NCBI GenBank assembly: GCA_965223755.1 | Contig: CBDCXF010000001.1 | Location: 609,688-673,687, forward strand | DNA length: 64,000 bases | Direction of reading: 5' to 3' | Origin: Candidatus Multivoradales bacterium | GTDB taxonomy: Bacteria; Acidobacteriota; Thermoanaerobaculia; Multivoradales; JAHEKO01 | Shown here: piece by piece, positions 61,272-64,000 of the stretch | Layout: the number at the start of each line of letters is the position of its first letter | Position numbering within the stretch: the stretch's first letter is position 1 | Position numbers and translations under genes: made by a program | Notes under the pieces: model-generated | The model's database searches: none | The model's input: the letters and a program-made list of their open reading frames with translations, nothing else | What the model was told of the DNA's origin: nothing

Positions 61272-62254
61272 GAATCGCTGTTCTCTCGTTTGTCGTAGGC
61301 GTTGATGATGCGTTGCACCAAGCGGTGGCGAACCACGTCCTTGGGTTCAAAATACAGAAATTCAACTCCACGAACACCCGCCAGAACTTGCTCGGCATCG
61401 CGCAGGCCGGAGCGTTGCGACTCCGGCAAGTCGACTTGGGTGACGTCGCCGTTGACGACGGCACGAGAACCGAACCCGATGCGAGTCAGGAACATCTTCA
61501 TCTGCTCCGGGGTGGTGTTTTGCGCCTCATCGAGGATGACAAAGCTGTCATTCAGAGTGCGTCCGCGCATGAATGCGATCGGTGCGACCTCAATGACTCC
61601 ACGATCGATCATTTGGGTGACGCGGTCGAAGCCGATGATGTCATAGAGCGCATCATAGAGAGGCCGCAGATAGGGGTTGACCTTCTCCACCAGATCTCCG
61701 GGCAGAAATCCGAGCTTCTCTCCAGCCTCGACCGCGGGGCGCGCCAAGACGATGCGGCGAATCGACTTTTCTTTGAGCAGTGCCGCCGCCATTGCCACTG
61801 CCAGGTAGGTCTTTCCAGTGCCGGCCGGTCCAATGGACACCACCAGGTCACTCTCCGCCATCGCCTGCAAGTAGCGATGCTGGTTGATCGTGCGCGGACG
61901 TACCAATGCCCGCGCCGATTGCACCAGGCCATTGCCGAGAAAGATCTCTTCGAGTCGTTGGTCGGGATCGCGTAGATGCGCCGAAATCGCAGTGGTGATG
62001 TCCTCTTCGCGAAACTCGAACCCGGTGGCCAGCAAGGCCTGCACGTTGGCAAAGAAGTCAGCCGCTTTCTCGACCCGTTCGGCCTCGCCTTCGATCTCGA
62101 CTCGCCCCCCGCGGGCATTGATCCCGACATTGAGTTCGCGCTCAAAGCGGCGCAGGTTGCGGTCGCCAGGCCCATAGAGAGCGTTCAAGCCGCGTTCCCC
62201 GAGTTCGACGCTCGCCTGAGCCCTTTCTGAAACTTGGCTGCCGGACATAGACAA
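61268..62254 (-). CDS. phoH: PhoH-family ATPase (YbeZ-like).
   Basis: Walker A GPAGTGKTYLAV. PhoH-like fold. Confidence 0.85.
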   Translation of the reverse strand: MSMSGSQVSERAQASVELGERGLNALYGPGDRNLRRFERELNVGINARGGRVEIEGEAERVEKAADFFANVQALLATGFEFREEDITTAISAHLRDPDQRLEEIFLGNGLVQSARALVRPRTINQHRYLQAMAESDLVVSIGPAGTGKTYLAVAMAAALLKEKSIRRIVLARPAVEAGEKLGFLPGDLVEKVNPYLRPLYDALYDIIGFDRVTQMIDRGVIEVAPIAFMRGRTLNDSFVILDEAQNTTPEQMKMFLTRIGFGSRAVVNGDVTQVDLPESQRSGLRDAEQVLAGVRGVEFLYFEPKDVVRHRLVQRIINAYDKRENSDS

Positions 62255-62264
62255 CTACGCGGGG

Positions 62265-63119
62265 TTACTTCGAGTAATCGTAGAAACCCCGTCCACTTTT
62301 GCGCCCGTAGCGACCGGCCTGGACCATCTGCTTGAGCAGCGGCGGCGGCGCGAAGCGCTTCTCACGGTACTCGTCGAACATGATGTTGGCGATGTAAAGA
62401 GTGGTATCGAGGCCGACGAAATCGAGCAGAGTAAACGGGCCCATTGGATATCCGCATCCGAGCTGCATACCTTTGTCGATGTCTTCGACACTCCCGACTC
62501 CTTCTTCGAGAGCACGGACGGCATCGAGTAGATACGGCACAAGCAATCGATTGACAATGAACCCGGAATTGTCCCGACAGGCGATGGGCTCCTTGCCCAG
62601 GGTGCGGACGAAGTCGTGCGCCGCGTCGACCGCCTCGTCGTCGCTCAAGATGGTGCGCACCACCTCGACCAACTTCATCACCGGTACCGGATTGAAAAAG
62701 TGCAGGCCGACGAACCGCTCCGGACGTTGGGTCGACATGGCCAACTGAGTGATCGTCAGCGACGAGGTATTGGACGCAAAGATCGCCTCGTCTTTGACCA
62801 CTTCATCCAAAGCGGCAAAGGTCTTGGACTTCTCCGCCACGTCTTCGATGATCGCCTCAATCACTAGATCGCAGTGCTTGAGATCGGCCAGATCGGTGGT
62901 GCCGTGAAGCCGGCCCTGTGTCGCCTGACGATCTTCTTCGGACATTTTGCCTTTGTCGACTGCCCGGTCGAGAGACTTTTCGAGTCGCGCCAGCCCCCCC
63001 GAAAGGAACTCTTCATTGACCTCTCGGACATAGGTCTCAAGTCCCGAACGAGCACAGACTTCTGCGATCCCAGACCCCATCAGGCCGCAGCCCAGCACCC
63101 CCACTGTTTTGATTTCCAT
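62265..63119 (-). CDS. hbd: 3-hydroxybutyryl-CoA / 3-hydroxyacyl-CoA dehydrogenase.
   Basis: Rossmann VGVLGCGLMGSGIA. C-terminal 3HCDH domain. 284 aa. Confidence 0.85.
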   Translation of the reverse strand: MEIKTVGVLGCGLMGSGIAEVCARSGLETYVREVNEEFLSGGLARLEKSLDRAVDKGKMSEEDRQATQGRLHGTTDLADLKHCDLVIEAIIEDVAEKSKTFAALDEVVKDEAIFASNTSSLTITQLAMSTQRPERFVGLHFFNPVPVMKLVEVVRTILSDDEAVDAAHDFVRTLGKEPIACRDNSGFIVNRLLVPYLLDAVRALEEGVGSVEDIDKGMQLGCGYPMGPFTLLDFVGLDTTLYIANIMFDEYREKRFAPPPLLKQMVQAGRYGRKSGRGFYDYSK

Positions 63120-63131
63120 TTTGCTAGCTCC

Positions 63132-63641
63132 TCAATTCCAACCGGACTTCAGTTGCGCGATTACGTTCCCGGGTGCATCAATGGCGATTCTGCGTCGCCC
63201 GTCGTCCAGTTGTTGAATGTTGATATTGATGGCTCCGTCCAGGACCCATGGCAGGCGTTCCGCCCACTCGACGATCTTCAAGCCTGGTTCTTCGAGCAGT
63301 TCTTCCAGGCCCAATGACTCTATCTCGTCCGCCGCCAATCGGTACAGATCTATGTGGTAAACGGGAGCATCCTGAGGGCTCGCCTGTGGGCCCGCCTGTG
63401 GCGGCCGGTACTCGTGAATAACGGTGTAGGTCGGCGACTGCACCGACGCAGCGTCAATGCCGAGTCGAGTCGCCAGACCCTTGGTGAATTGGGTTTTTCC
63501 CGAACCCAGGCCACCGACGAGCAAAACCAACGCGTTGGCGTCGAGAGCCGCTCCCAGCGCCCTTCCCAGCTCGATCGTTTGCTTGGGCGAATAACTGTTG
63601 CATTCGAAGCGCCGGCTCTCGCTCACTACAAATCTGCCCAC
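63132..63641 (-). CDS. tsaE: tRNA t6A biosynthesis protein TsaE (YjeE).
   Basis: Walker A LVGGLGSGKTQFTKG. Size and context match. Confidence 0.8.
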   Translation of the reverse strand: MGRFVVSESRRFECNSYSPKQTIELGRALGAALDANALVLLVGGLGSGKTQFTKGLATRLGIDAASVQSPTYTVIHEYRPPQAGPQASPQDAPVYHIDLYRLAADEIESLGLEELLEEPGLKIVEWAERLPWVLDGAININIQQLDDGRRRIAIDAPGNVIAQLKSGWN

Positions 63642-64000
63642 ACTTGCCCCAGGACGCGCGGTAGATCGCTGGCGATGACGCCAGCCTCTGAGATCTCAGC
63701 GGCGGCAGCCCGTCCCGCTCGGCCGTGCACCCAGGCCGCCACCAACGCCGCGTCCAAGCATTCCACACCCTGCGCCAGCATCGCTCCGACAATCCCGGAA
63801 AGCACATCGCCACTACCTGCAGTGGCCAACGCCGAGGATCCCTCGCGCACGATCCACAGCCGCGAATGGGGAGCCGCCACCACAGTTCCAGCCCCCTTGA
63901 GCAGAACGACTTGACGAGAGAGGTCCGCCGCTTTGCGCGCGGAGCCAAGTGGATCGGCTACGACCTCGGCCACTTCGCAATCCAAGAGCCTGGCCATCTC
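63626..64000 (-). CDS. nnr: NAD(P)H-hydrate dehydratase / epimerase (YjeF/Nnr), C-terminal portion only. The 5' end lies beyond the window.
   Basis: YjeF C-terminal carbohydrate-kinase-like domain with GSGDVLSGIVGAMLAQG. It overlaps tsaE as in the conserved nnr-tsaE pair. Confidence 0.7.
   Translation of the reverse strand, partial: EMARLLDCEVAEVVADPLGSARKAADLSRQVVLLKGAGTVVAAPHSRLWIVREGSSALATAGSGDVLSGIVGAMLAQGVECLDAALVAAWVHGRAGRAAAAEISEAGVIASDLPRVLGQVWADL

Overview
This is a high-GC (about 65-68%) bacterial chromosomal window, likely from a diderm such as an Acidobacteriota- or Gemmatimonadota-like organism. The sequence alone does not settle the taxon. It starts inside an IS481-family insertion sequence. 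The 5' part carries an accessory-looking mix: an OPT transporter / glutaminyl cyclase / AIM24-like operon, a very large NtrY-like sensor kinase, hutU-hutH, comM, secreted hydrolases, a ZIP transporter and secA. The middle holds a PAS-LuxR regulator followed by a tightly coupled TonB-dependent receptor / hyuA / hyuB operon, then guaB, a secreted M4 protease, and a stand-alone HerA/YjgR-like ATPase whose promoter contains a 7 x 12-bp tandem repeat. The 3' half is a long, conserved minus-strand housekeeping string: nnr, tsaE, hbd, phoH, pgpH, ybeY, era, mgtE, recO, glyQ, glyS, ppdK, M19 dipeptidase, a membrane protein, mutL, rnc, asnS. I found no rRNA, tRNA or CRISPR. Many ORF-track entries carry N-terminal extensions, and some start on GTG/TTG reported as M. 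I re-placed those starts by hand where an internal start with a Shine-Dalgarno (SD) sequence was evident; hand-placed coordinates may be off by a few nucleotides.
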